Below, piece after piece: positions 47,484 to 60,869 of a stretch of DNA of 64,000 nt. Below the pieces are notes generated by a model. It searched no databases and was not told the origin of the DNA. It saw only the letters and a program-made list of their open reading frames with translations. Positions within the stretch are counted from its first letter, which is position 1; each line of letters begins with the position of its first letter. The translations under genes were made by a program, and so were the position numbers. Origin of the DNA: Eledone cirrhosa (lineage: Eukaryota); contig OZ024743.1 in the NCBI GenBank assembly GCA_964016885.1, positions 32,550,001-32,614,000 of the forward strand, in the 5' to 3' direction.

Positions 47484-47704
47484 CCCTTTAACATTTAAAC
47501 CAGCCATATCGGGCCAGAATTCTCTCACTTCTTTCTGTTCAAACCAGCCATAACTGGCCACTCATACTGATGTTAAGGTATTGTTCTCAAGATAAATAAT
47601 ATCAAACTCTCATATATTTGATATTATGTGAGATAATTATGAGAGGTAAAGCCTTTACCACGAAAATATAATAGTAAATATAGAGTAATGTAAATGCTGA
47701 AGGG
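47484..47704 (-). mobile_element. TTAA MITE-A inserted at the terminal TTAA of a MITE-B (47235-47483)
   Basis: Shared TTAA at 47480-47483; second TTAA at 47705-47708. Confidence 0.88.
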
Positions 47705-50700
47705 TTAATTTGACATTCTTTGATAGCTTCAAGTCTGTAATTGAATCCTGAGTATCATTCATTTAAGACTAATAAAATATTCACCATACCAGAATTAATA
47801 GCATACTGTGTGTGGAGTCTGAACATTCTAATAGGAGAAACTTGAATGATGTTTTCTAAATTATATCTGTATTCAAACAGCAATATATCATTATAAAAGA
47901 TCTCAAAATGGGTAAAACATGTAACTAAGAAGTAAATTTCAATTATTTTTTTACTCTCTCTTTTTTACTTTTTTACTGGTTTCAGTCATTAGACTGCAGC
48001 CATGCTGGGGTACTGCCTTGCAGGCAGCTAGTCTATTATATTGACTCCAGTACTTATTTTTTAAAGTCTGGTATTTATTTTATCTGTTTGTCATATTGTT
48101 AAATTAGAAGATATAAGCAAACACACACAGACACACACACATGATGGAGTTCCATCATATAAAATTCTATTCACTATAAAAATAATTCTTAATTTCTTGA
48201 AATTAGCTCCCCTTTTCTTTGAGAATCAATTCAGACCTTATACCACATTTCAACACTGAATTAATATAAAATCATCTGCATATTAATTATCACTATAGAT
48301 CTGTTGCATCAGACCTCATATCATAAATTTCAACAACAGCAACAATACTCATTAGTCAACAAAATAGAAATAACAGTCAAATCTTCCTAAAATCACACCC
48401 ATCTTAAAAAAAAAAGACACTAACAATTACAAAACCTCCATCACCACCACTCCTGCTCACAACAAACCTTATGAGGAAAACAAAGAAGGAAATAGCAGCC
48501 AAACCCCCCTCAAATCACACACTGCTATCTTTAAAAAAAAAAAAAAGACATGGAATAATATAGTCTGGGATAATTTATATACATAAAAAATATTGAATGA
48601 TAATGACTGGAACAGCTTTGATAAATAGGTTTTCTCAATTAAGGCCAACTGTAGGCTACACAGCAATGCAAATGTTCTCATACATAGGCTGACCTCCATT
48701 CTTCAATCACTGGCATCATACATTGCGTTCACAAGAAAGTTATCTATGGCTCATAATGGATTCTTTATCTATCTTCTGCCTATTTTATGAAAGCAAATGT
48801 TTCCCTTCACAGCTTGACTACTACATTCTGCCTTTACTCAAACCTATCCTCTGAACATGGCTTTCTTTTTTACCAAACACTTAGTTTCCTATCTCTAAAC
48901 TTTTCTCAAAATATCTAATTACAAGGATCATCATACTGAAGAAGGACCTCTTTTCTCCTGAACAACCGCAATTATTCTTGAAGAATTTTCTCTTAACCCC
49001 TTTTATTACTATATCGCTAATGTAAATACTGCATATCATTTTCAAATCCCCCCCCACCACCACCACCACCACCACCAAAAAAAATAAAGGATTTAGTAAT
49101 ATAACTAAGCTTCTTATTAAGTTGATGTTTAGAGCATAGCTTAAAGGTTCTTTCATAAAATTATGATGGAGGACTTTTAGATAAATATAAGCACCTTTAA
49201 AAAATAGCTTTGTCTCATAGAACCAGGTGAGATTTCAGACTGTTTGGTATCAAAAGGGTTAACAACAAAGAGACAAACTAATGACATATTTATGGGGTAG
49301 CTCAAACTTTATTACTACAGCTATTTTGTCGTTCAATTGAGCAAATCTAACTTGTCTAACCGACATGAAACAGATTCCACTTTTGACTACTACATGGAGT
49401 AGCCATGGAGTCAGCTATAAAATTTTATACTAACGTTCTGCAAGAACTATTATCAACTAGATTTTTTCATTCCACAACATCCAATTTTACACTGACAATG
49501 TTGCTGAAACTGTGTTCCTTACCATAGATTTTTACTCTTTAACAATTAGTTCTATTTTAGTTACGTTTTTTTATTATTCAAAAGGGTATATATTTTGGTA
49601 TTGTAAAAAGTTGATTAAGACAAAAGACAAAAACTTAAAAGCAAAATGTTGAATGTTGTATTCAAAGACTGAAGTGCTGAAATTAACCAGACATTCACAA
49701 AGGTCATATTCTTAGACATAGCTGTCTACTAAAAAAATTCTTTTATATAAACACCAAAATTAATGATAGAAGACAAAGAATAAAAATAAACAAATTTAAA
49801 ATATAAAAATTATTTTGAAAAGTAAATGAAGGAAAAATAAATCCTACAGAGAAATGCAGTTTTATAAGAAATTGTAATTAAATAATATAACTGGGGATCC
49901 TTTAACTTTTCTGATACCAAACCACCTAAAACTACCCCTCATCCTATGGTAAAAACTCCATGTTTAGATAGAGCAGATTTCTTCAAGAGAAGAATAGAGA
50001 TTGAGAGAATGGACATGAGAAAGAGATATAGAGGAAGAATCAACCCCAGTACTAGACTAGTATTTTTTTATCAACCTTGAATGATGGCAAAGTTGGCCTT
50101 GGTGGGAGTTAAACTCACAGAGAAGAGAGCCAAAATGACCACCACAAACCACTCTACACAATGTTCTAACAACTCTGCCAATTCACTGCCTAATTGATTT
50201 TTATGAATTCTAAAATTTGTTACATTAAAAAAAAATAATAGTTCTATACTGACTGTTGCTACAGTCCCCCCCCCCCCCCCACCTACTCCCCACCAAAGGA
50301 ATTATAATTGCTATAGTTGTATTTCTATCTCACTGATATATCTTCCCTAAAACCACCAATTTCATACTGACCGTGTTACTTCACTTGTGTTTCTATCTCA
50401 CTTATTTTTATTCCTCAACCATCAGTTCTATACTGGCTGTGGTGTCAGTTATTATATTTCTTCCCTCTTACTGACTCATTCAACAAGCAACTTATTTCCT
50501 GTAACATAAGTGATGTTCTTTTTGTTATTCTTTTAGCTTCTTTCAATTGTGTTTGTCACTTAGTTTTCTTTTTAGCTTTAGAAGATTTATTGATTTAGGT
50601 TATTATTGTTATTATTGTTGTTGTTTTACTGAGAGTATTATTATTCATTTATAACAATTCTTTATAATCCTTTCAATGGTGTTATTAAACAGAATTTATT

Positions 50701-50988
50701 TGAAAAATAATAAACCAGAACTTTTTTTTATAAATCATCATCAGCAGTATCTTCATCATTACCAATATCTTCACGTCTGACACTACCACTTGCTATAATC
50801 ATCATTATTTCCACTAGTTTAATACTCACTTTTTCACTTGTCTATGGATCAGGTACATTGAACAAGTTTTCATCTTGTATTACTATCCTTTATTAATTTC
50901 TCTACAAGTATCCACACATACAATTTAACTGTGTAATTCCTTGTAGCAGACAGGATAAATTCAGCAAGCTATAAAAACTTGTAATTTA

Positions 50989-51319
50989 TACAGAAGACCT
51001 GACTTCCCATGGGCACAGGCTGAAGCTGAAGCATATATAGAGTATGCCCCAAACCCCTCTCAGGTGTAGGCATCACGACAAAAAGCACCCAGCCCACACT
51101 GTAAAGTGGTTGTGTAGGTGTCACAGAAAAAAAGCACCCAGTACTCACTGTAAATGTGGTTGGTGTTAGGAAGAGCATCTAGCTGTAGAAACCAAGCCAA
51201 AATCAGTTCCATATGAGTAAGACATGGTTACCTGACCTAGCATTGCCCACAACAGGACAACTTGTCTAACCCATTCTAGCATGGAAAAATGGATGTAAAA
51301 TGGTTATGATGATGATGAA
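50989..51319 (+). mobile_element. RTE-A-related 3' UTR insertion
   Basis: End of ORF (CAGAAGACCTGACTTCCCATGGG), 48-nt units, terminal hairpin and (TGA)n. Confidence 0.85.
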
Positions 51320-51627
51320 GGTATTCCATCTAGGAGAAAATGTCAAGTAGATTTTTTTAAGCAAAATTAAATTGACTAATACAAAAATATTTAGTTCAGA
51401 GATAATTTGTTAAAGAGTATCCAAAGTGGTCGATATTGATTCCTGGGGATCAATGAAAATACTTAGGATTGTGACTGAAATTTTGGAATAAAACCTGATA
51501 TTTGTGTAAGAAATGAAAATACATCAAATAATACAATAAAAAAACTTGCTCAGGCAGGTCTCTAATTTACATAATTGTTCTTTATTTTCAATCTTATATT
51601 TTGCTTACTGATTTATTGATTTACTTA

Positions 51628-51971
51628 ATGAGATTTTGATATTATTTATTTTGAGAATAATACCTTAATATCAGTATGAGCAGCCAGTTACAGCATTTAA
51701 ACTGGACCATAACCAGCCATATCCAGCCAGAATTCTCTCACCTCTTTCTGTTTAAACCAGCTGTAACCGGCCACTCATACTGACATTAAGGTATTGTTCT
51801 CAAAATAAATATCAAAATCTCATAGATTCAATATTATAAGATAATTAAGTGAGATAAAGCCTTACCATTGAAAATATAAAAGTATATATAGAGTAATATA
51901 AATGCTAAAGGGTTAAACAGAAAACAGTGAGAGAATTCTGGCCAGATACAACTTGTTTAAATACTAAAGGG
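51628..51971. mobile_element. MITE-A (minus, about 51693-51912) nested inside another MITE-A (plus)
   Basis: The plus copy breaks after GCCAGTTACAGC and resumes at TTAAACAGAAA (51913); a reverse copy lies between. Confidence 0.8.
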
Positions 51972-52193
51972 TTAATGGGCTAAAATGTTTGGGGATCTCT
52001 GACTTAGTTCATTCACGATTTTGAGTAATGCATAATAATTTCAGTTGTAAGCCTCTTTTAGCTATACTCTTACAATCATGCAACTCCTAATACACATTTT
52101 TAGTATGTCTCTCTGTAATGGGTACATATGATACATCTCTCTCTCTCTCTAAACATATACATTCCAAAGAAAACAATTATTGTTACCTTTAAC

Positions 52194-52375
52194 ATAATTG
52201 TTTCTACTTTTGGCACAAGGCCAGCAATTACCCAGTGTATTACTGGTACTTTATTTTATCGACCCCGTAAGGATGAAAGGCAAAGTTAACCTTGGCGGGA
52301 TTTGAACTCAGATCATAAAGGGACGTAACTCTATGCTTCAAAGCATGGCGTCCGACTCTCTACCGATACTGCCAA
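52194..52375 (-). mobile_element. SINE family 1
   Basis: 17-bp TSD GTTACCTTTAACATAAT at 52182-52198 and 52382-52398. Confidence 0.92.
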
Positions 52376-53108
52376 ATGAACGTTACCTTTAACATAATGT
52401 TAATCAAAATATTATGCTTGTTGCTATTTTAAAGTATTCTATTTTTACATGGGTTTGTATATTCTATGCTTACCAATAAATATTTCAAAGGCAGTTTCAT
52501 TTCCTTCTTAGTCCTTACTCAATACTAATTCTTTGAAGAAATTATTTTTCTCACATTAATTACACAGCAACTTCGACTATCACTCAACCCAATGGATTTT
52601 TCAGCTAAATATAACATCAATTTGCCTGGAAAACAAAACATATATGAACTTGAGTAGCTGAACATTAAAAATATCTTAATTGGTATTAAAAATAAAAGTA
52701 TGAATGGTCAATGAGTGTGAGTGTTAAGAAAGTGTATCATGAACAATCAGAGGAAACACGAGGAAGACATGGAAAGTGAGAAGGTCACACTAAAGGATTT
52801 CAAACCTCAAAGACAAAATGATTTAGAATATATTGCACTGAAGATTCTTCCAGCCTATGTTAGGATGGATATTTAAATTATAATGATGCTGATGATTTCC
52901 TATAAATCTGAAGTGTGTTGCATTTTATATCGTATCACCAATATATGTTTACATCTTTTAGGTAAGAGCCATATTTCATGGTATATTCTATAAAAAAACA
53001 ATTCCATTCTGAAGCAAAATAAATACTTGAACAAAACTCATGAAGTTTCAATGTTGTTTCTATAGATCTAAACTTTCATGTCTAAGTAGGAAACTAGAAA
53101 TCATTGAA

Positions 53109-54091
53109 CATCATCATCATCATCATCATCACCGTTTTACGTCCGTTCTTCCACGCTAGCATGGGTTAGACGGGTTGTCCTGTTGTGTGCAGTGTCTGGT
53201 CGGCTGACCATGCCTTGCTCATACAGGAACTGATCTGGCTTGATTTCTACAGCTGGATGCCCTTCCTAACACCAACCTCATTTACAGTGAGTGCTGGGTG
53301 CTTTTTCGTGGCGCCTACACGTCCACTTTACAGTGTGGGCTGGGTGCTTTTTTGTCGTGGCACCTCCACGACCACCTTACGGTGGGGGGTGTGGGGGCAT
53401 ATTGTTTATATGCTTCAGCATGTACCCATGGGAGGTCGGGTACTCTGTATTACTGCGTGATGCCAGAAGTCACGGTCATGTGTCATTGTCTTTGAGAGGT
53501 GTAATTGGGTAAGGTCGGCTTTTATCACCTCATCCCAGGTCATCTTGGGTCTCCCCACTCCGCGGGTTCCATCAACTTCTAGTGCTCTGCACCTTTTTAT
53601 GCAGCTGTCATCCTTCATACGCATCACATGTCCATACCAGCGCAACCGCCTCTCCTGCACACAGCATTTGATTCCTCTTATGCTCAGTCTCTCTCTCAAT
53701 TCATTTATGCTTTGTCGTTCACGTATATTACTGTTACACATCCATCGGAGCATGCAGGCTTCGTTTCTCTCTAATCTATGTAAGTCTTCCACCTTCAGCG
53801 CCCAGGTCTCACTACCATGCAACATCGCTGTTCAGATACACGCATCATACAGTCTGCCTTTCATTCTGAAGGAGAAGCCTTTTGCAGCTAGCAGTAGTAG
53901 TAGTTCCCTAAACTTCTTCCATCCCGTTCTTACCCTAGTTATTGTACTTTCTGAACACCCACCTCCGTTGCTAATTCGGTCACCTAGGTAGCAGAAGCTG
54001 TCTACTGTTTCTACAGGGCCCTCCCAGAGATTGGTGGTACTTGTTTCCTGTGGCTGTTTGCTGCTTGCTGTTTCAGCACAGCTGCTGCATG
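53109..54091 (-). mobile_element. RTE subfamily A, 5'-truncated (about 1 kb)
   Basis: Nearly identical to 38259-39243. CGA>TGA stop at 53832-53834. Possible short TSD TGAACAT. Confidence 0.95.
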
Positions 54092-55866
54092 AACATAACT
54101 AAAAAGATTTGAAAAAGCATGAAGATTAGATTTCAGGAAATTAATCTTTAAAATGCTGAATAATATGCTGACAATTAAATTTATCTATAAAGCTTTAGTT
54201 TTCCAATATGAATTCCCTAGCAGGTTAGCATGAAATATATTTAGTACAAAATAATGCAACTATATTATACAAAATATATAATTTTCAACAGGAGTCAGTG
54301 ATACATTTAAATTTAGGCTTCATAAAAGAAGCCAGATTACAGAGCAGCTGGATTTTAGAATGCATTCAATTTTGTGTTTTTAATTTCTCACTTAAGTGTT
54401 ATTAAAATAGATATAAACAATTTTACAGCTGAACATTTCAAATATATTATAGAGAACAATATTGTTAATCTTCAAATAAATTTTTTTTATGAGGATTGTT
54501 TTCTCTATATGTGGACAGAAAAGAGAAGCATATGAGCTTATTCTTTTTCTTGATGAACAAGATTATTTTGCAGATATTTGGTTCAGTATTTTGATATTAA
54601 TAAACTTGTAAATAATTTATGTAATCCCTTTGATCTCGACGTTTTATGTTTTATAGTTATTTCTAAAATATGTTATAAAAGGTGTGGATACAGCATGATT
54701 GAATGGTTAGTAATTTTGTTTCGCAATCCAGAAAACTTTAGTTTCTTCCCACTGCATGACATCTGAGGCCAGTGTTTTTTAACAGAGCCAAACAAAGGGT
54801 TAGGAGGACCATTCAGTCATGTCTTGGTGATCTAGATGACAAACCTACCCAGTCCACACTGTAAAGAGTTTGGTGATAGGAATGGCATCCAGCCATAAAA
54901 AGTTTGTGAAACAAAGGGTTGGTAGGACCCTTCAGTTATGTCAAAGACATGACAACCTCCCCTGTGCACTCGATCAAACACAAGGCCATATGTAAATGAG
55001 TGTCCCTCCACTGTCTATTTGGGAGGGCAATACTTCGTTTATACAGATAGACCTGTCCAACCCTTGCTAGCAGGAAAAGTGGACGTTAACTGATGATGAT
55101 GGTGGGTCAACCTAAACCTTGTGAATGAAATTGGGTAAATAGAAATTGTACAAAAGACCAGAGAATGGATTAAACCAATAATTCAAAAGATCAGCCTTGT
55201 TACAAACATTGTCATACTGATTCTGCCTAAAGATTATGTTGACAATAAATATGTCTGTGGAATACTCAGCCAAGTACATTCCAATTCAAAGCACAGGTTG
55301 TTCAGTTGATCGAAATACTGAATACTCTTTGTCAAAACTAACAGAGAACCATATACCCTGAGGTAAAATGTTACATTTACTTTATCTAATACATCACTGT
55401 AAATTGATTTGAATTGGTAGACACTAAACTGCATCACTTTTACAAAGAGAGAGAGAAGAGAAATGCTTTAAAGACTACTGCAGCAAAAAAATTTCTAAAT
55501 AACAGCCTAACTAAATATTTCTACTACTTTATAGTAAACTAGGAGAAAAACCGTTCTCTGAAGGCTGTCTGCTAGTGAGCGTTACTGGAAAAGTGGGAAA
55601 CCCAACATTCTCTATTATACCTAGGCATTCTACAGAATGCCACTAACTTCAAGGTGATATGTAAAATAAAATTTTCTGTACACCCATTCTAAATATTCTG
55701 TAGATTCTCTAGGTAAAGTATATAAGGTCAAAATAAAATACACATATTTAATACATTACCCAAGTGAGTGTGTGCATGTTTCATAATATATATATATATC
55801 AATGTATACAAATATACATCTTTCATATACAAATTCTATAAACATGCACTGACATATTAGAATTTG

Positions 55867-57175
55867 CATCATCATCATCATCGTTTAATGCCCATTTTCC
55901 ACACAAGCATGGGTTAGATGAGCTGTCCCATTGTGAAGACCATGTTTTGCTCACACAGAATTCTACAGCCCTTCCTCCCACCACCCACATTTACAGTGTG
56001 TACTGATTGTTTTTTGTCATGATACCTACATGACCACTTTACTGTGTTGACTGAGTACTTTTTGTCGTGACTCCTACACAACCACTTTACAGTATGGAAT
56101 GAATACTTTTTGTTGTGACACCTGCATGAACACTTTACAGTGTGAGCTGGGCATTTTTTGTTGTGCTTTTTGTCGTGATGCCTACACAATCATTTTACAG
56201 TGTGTACAGGCCTCTCATTGTTGTGGCACCAAGATGATGACTTTATAGCGTGGATTGGAGACTCAGGTGAGGGAGATGCATGGGGAATTTGGGAGGTAGA
56301 TTTAGGGGTGGGGTATTATGTCTTGGGTGGAGTGATTATAACGTGGGAGGGGTGATGGGAAGGAAAGTGGTTCATACTAGATGTATGCCTTTGTCGCTGC
56401 ATGTGGGAAGGCAGGTCTTCTGTATTACTGCATAGCGCTAGAGATCACGGTCCTGTGTCATTGTCTTTGAGAGGTGCAATTGTGCAAAGTTAGCTTTTAT
56501 CACCTTATCCCAAGTCTTCCTAGATCTGCCCACTTCATAGCTGCCATCAACTTTGAGCATTCTGAACCTAGATTCAGCTATAAAGAATAGGTCTGCATAC
56601 AGGAGTTCCAATAGAGGAGTTCCCATGGGCTTCTATGCATACAGGAGTTCCCATGGGCTTCCATGCATACAGGAGTTCCCATGGGCTTCCAGTTTTAAAC
56701 TCCTCTGTTATAGATTGCAGGATGATGATAAACCAGAGAGAGCTAAGAACTGAGCCCTGATGGACACCAACCTACATGCTAAATTCTTCACAATAGTCAT
56801 TGTTATTTCTGACCTTGCTAACTATTCCTCTATACATGGTGTGTATTGCCCTCACAATTCACTCATCTGCTCCTAGTTTTCTAAGAGCTCACCAGATAAT
56901 GGAGCAGGGGCTCTGTCAAAAGCGAAGTAGAGGAGTTTACCTTTATCTAGGTACTTCTCCTGCAATTGCCTTACAAGGAAGAGGGCATCTGCGGTACTTT
57001 TACCTGGCACAAATACAAACTGCATCTCATGTAGGTTAACTTGATCCTTAATTAGCTGTGCTTTCTATGACCTTCATAACCTGGTCAACCAACTTAATCC
57101 CTCTATAGTTTTCTCTGTCTAGAACATCTTATTTGCCCTTGTAGCAGTTGACAATGATGCTGCTACACCAGTCAT
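55867..57175 (-). mobile_element. Older RTE copy with an internal deletion of about 750 bp, a stuttered YAD region and a diverged 5-6 unit UTR array
   Basis: RT motifs at 56560-57175 join directly to the C-terminal KVDGS..GR.RKTWD. 28-bp tandem TGCATACAGGAGTTCCCATGGGCTTCCA. Repeated CACTTTACAGTG units at 55990-56250. Confidence 0.88.
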
Positions 57176-57540
57176 TGGATTAATTTAATTCAATATTATT
57201 CTCTACAGATCAAGTATGACAGACATTGTGTTTTGTATATAGAAATTTGCATAGTTATACATGACAATTACCATTTCATTTTACTACTTGATAGTAACTT
57301 TATACAGCTTTACTTAAATGTCACTGTTTTATGTTATTACTTCACAGTAAATGTGTAGTGGTTAGGGTGTTTGTCTCACGATAAAACAGTTATTAGTTTG
57401 ATTCTCGGTGGTGCATTGTGTTCTTGAGCAAGTTACTCTATTTCACATTGCTCCATCCAGCTGGTAAAAATGTGTTGTATCTGGAATTCGAAGGTTTGAC
57501 AAACTTTATATTAAGAGTACAAGTTCAATATTTCAACAAT

Positions 57541-58045
57541 TATGAAGGATGACAGCTGCATAAAAAGGTGCAGAGCACTAGAAGTCAATGGAACCCGCGG
57601 AGTGGGGAGACCCAAGAAGACCTGGGATGAGGTGATAAAAGCCGGCCTTACCCAATTACACCTCTCAAAGGCGATGACACACAGCCGTGACCTCTGGCGT
57701 TACGCAGTAATACAGAGCACCCGACCTCCCATGGGTACAAGCTGAAGCATATAGACAATATGCCCCCACGCCCTCCCACTGCAAGGTGGTCGTGGAGGTG
57801 CCACGGCAAAAAAGCACCCAGCCCACACTGTAAAGTGGACGTGTAGGCGCCATGGAAAAGCACCCAGCACTCACTGTAAATGAGGTTGGTGTTAGGAAGG
57901 GCATCCAGCTGTAGAAATCAAGCAAGATCAGTTCCTCTATGAGCAAGGCATGGTCAGCCGACCAGACACTGCCCACAACAGGACAACCCGTCTAACCCAT
58001 GCTAGCATGGAAGAACGGACGTAAAACGGTGATGATGGTGATGAT
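57541..58045 (+). mobile_element. RTE subfamily A 3' end (0.5 kb)
   Basis: MKDDSCIKRCRALEV...GRPKKTWDEVIK, complete 3' UTR, CCATGCTAGCATGG palindrome, (TGA)n. Confidence 0.95.
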
Positions 58046-60292
58046 AGATTGTTTTATTTTCATCCAAAGTAATCCTAACCGATCTCTTCTTATTCATTTT
58101 AAGAGATTCAGTTTGAGCTTAAGTCAGTGTGGAATTTATGGCAAGCATCGACCATTCTAATGTTGACTGTTAATAGAAGTTAATAAGAGATCAAGATATA
58201 TTTCAATTACTAGTATGATTTCAATTACTACTAGTATACTAAAATGATAGTTTAATTATATTTATATTATATGGTTACAGTGAACAAATGTATGTTAACA
58301 TGACACTTATTTTTGTTTTTTTAACATTAAGGAAATTACTAGCATGGATTAGAAAATTATACAAATTTGGATATTCATTGGTATTTAAGCAACAATTTTA
58401 AGGCTTAATACTATATATTAGACAGTTCTTAAATTTAGCAGAGTGTGAGGAAACTTGAGTTGCCATAACAGGAATAGATTATGATATTATGTAAATATTT
58501 TATACGAAACACCTGTGTTAGTCGTATGACTAATAAAATTCATAAAAATTAATCAAATAAATTTTGCCATAGAAGCAGAATTGTTTTTTTATATTTACGA
58601 TGTTATAATGTTGCCAATCTAGTCCCTGAAGTATTAGCAGTACTAGATATTAGTTTAAATTAATTTTTAACATATAGCATTTCAGTACAGATAAACCAGT
58701 TTAATTCTTGGCTCTTTAGGTTTGCATATCAGACATTTACATTAGCAAGTGTATAGATTGAAAAATTATATAAAAATATCAGCATTAAGAGAGGTATTTT
58801 TGGCTCGGTTTTCAGTTTAACACCAGACTTATAAAATATGACTAAAATATCCTTCTGATATCAGTTGAAATTGTGGTAAGATAAAGAGAATACAAATTTG
58901 TATTATTAGTATAGTCAGCTTTATAAACTCATGGGAGCTTGGCAAATATATCAAATGTTAAGTTTTATGCCAAGATGAAATGGTAGTTCTAATTAGAGTA
59001 ATTTCATCTGTTTCAGCTTTAATCACACACTGCCTTGTATTTCTTGGTAGGAATGTGGTTTGTCCTAAATGAAATATTGGTCAAATATTGATCGGAAAGA
59101 ATTCTATCCCAACTTCTTGTTTTATTTATCTACAATTTTCATCGTGGAAACTTTATTTTCTATAAAGCAATTCCTATCAATTTTAATTGATTATCTTTTC
59201 CATGAAACTCAATGGAGAATTCATCATTTTTCTTTTTTCATTTTTTTCTTCTTGGCTAAAATAATTCTTCACATATTCTCTATTATACTTCAAAGTAAAT
59301 TAATTGATATAAGGGAGGGCATTTCACTATAAAATACTACTTTCTTAAAAGATGAGAAATGCTGTGTGTGTGTGTGTGTGTGAGAGAGCGAGAGAGAGAG
59401 ACTGTGTGTGTTAATGTATTTGTATATCAACTTGCACATGCGTTTTAGTTTAGCTGGGAAAACATTTGGCCACAATCCAAAGCATGTAAATCTTACTAAA
59501 AAATTGACACATGTACTACATTTTAGTTTTTGCTTGATAATATACCATTATATATATATAAAGAAAATGAGTTTAAAAAAAAACACAAAAAGAAAAAAAA
59601 CAGATGTCCTACACGGGTGAAAGTATAAGGAAAAGAAATCGAAAATGCAACTGGAGTCTTTTAAGATAAACCACAACAGAAACACAAACCCTCCATCTCA
59701 ATTTTACTTTTGAAAAGCATAACTGTGAAACCAGTAAATAAATATTCTTAAAAGACTCCAGTTTCCTTTTTGATTTCTTTTCCTTATATATATATATAAA
59801 TATTGTATATACTCGAATGTAAGGGGAGGAATATATGAACAAAAAGATCAATGGTAAAATGGAGGGGTACTTATATTCGGGGTCAATGTTTTGATGATTT
59901 TCACCAACTTCAAATTCTACATAAATAAGGTGTTAAAATATCTGGAGTGATTCTTTTACACTGAAACACTGTTTTTCTACATTTACTATATCACTGTTGG
60001 TGTTATTTATATATTCCCTTGAAAATATTTCCAACAAATGTTTATAATTTGAACTTTTAATATCCCATATGCACACAAATACATGCATGCACACATGTTT
60101 TTCTCAAACAATGTTTTTTCTTTCAATCTTACTTCTGATTTTATTTTAATGCTCTCACTCTCTTTCCTTTCTCACTCTCACACTTTCTTTTTTTCACTCT
60201 ACTTCCCCTCATTCTCACTTGCTGTCTCTCCCTCCCTCTTCTATTTTATGAATCCCTATAAAAAGTTCTATTGTTCAATGCTTTGCTTTGAA

Positions 60293-60495
60293 AGTAGTCC
60301 CAGCATGTGAGTGGCCGGAAGTAAAAACAAATTTGAGAAACCTGTTGAAACTTAATAATAAGGGAAAGACATTATGTAATGTAGTTGTGAAACTAAAGCT
60401 ATACTCTAAATGACACTTAAAACATTTTAAACATAAAGATATTAAAAATTCATAAATATATTTTATACTCATGAGAATTTCAAAACCCACGCCAT
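60293..60495. promoter_or_regulatory. Candidate promoter motif cluster (ZNF143/Staf-like, ETS, YY1-like)
   Basis: TCCCAGCATG (60298-60307), CCGGAAGT (60315-60322), CATTATGTAATGTAGTT (60370-60386) and CGCCAT (60490-60495), at the end of about 2.5 kb with no recognisable transposon. Confidence 0.3.
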
Positions 60496-60594
60496 CTAAA
60501 CATAATGTGTTGAATAACTGCCTTGGCTTATAAACAGAGTTGGATTTTTGCCCATTTCTCAGACATAAAATGGGGATTCAGCTTGTATTTGAGT

Positions 60595-60822
60595 ATCATC
60601 ATCATCTTCGTTTAACGTCCATCTTCCATGCTAGCATGGGTTAGATGGGAGTTGTCCCACTTGAGGCAAGGTTGGTCAGGTGACCGTGTCTCGCTCATAT
60701 AGGACTATCTGGCAGGTTTCCTATGGCTGGATGCCCTTGCTAACACCAACCACATTTACAGTGTGGAACTGGGAACTTTTTACGGCCACATTACAGCGTG
60801 GACTGTGTGTTTTTTTTGTTGT
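60595..60822 (-). mobile_element. RTE subfamily B 3' UTR fragment
   Basis: Matches 21441-21680 with a short internal deletion. Confidence 0.85.
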
Positions 60823-60869
60823 GTGTATATGTATGTATATATAAAATAATATATATATATATGTATATA

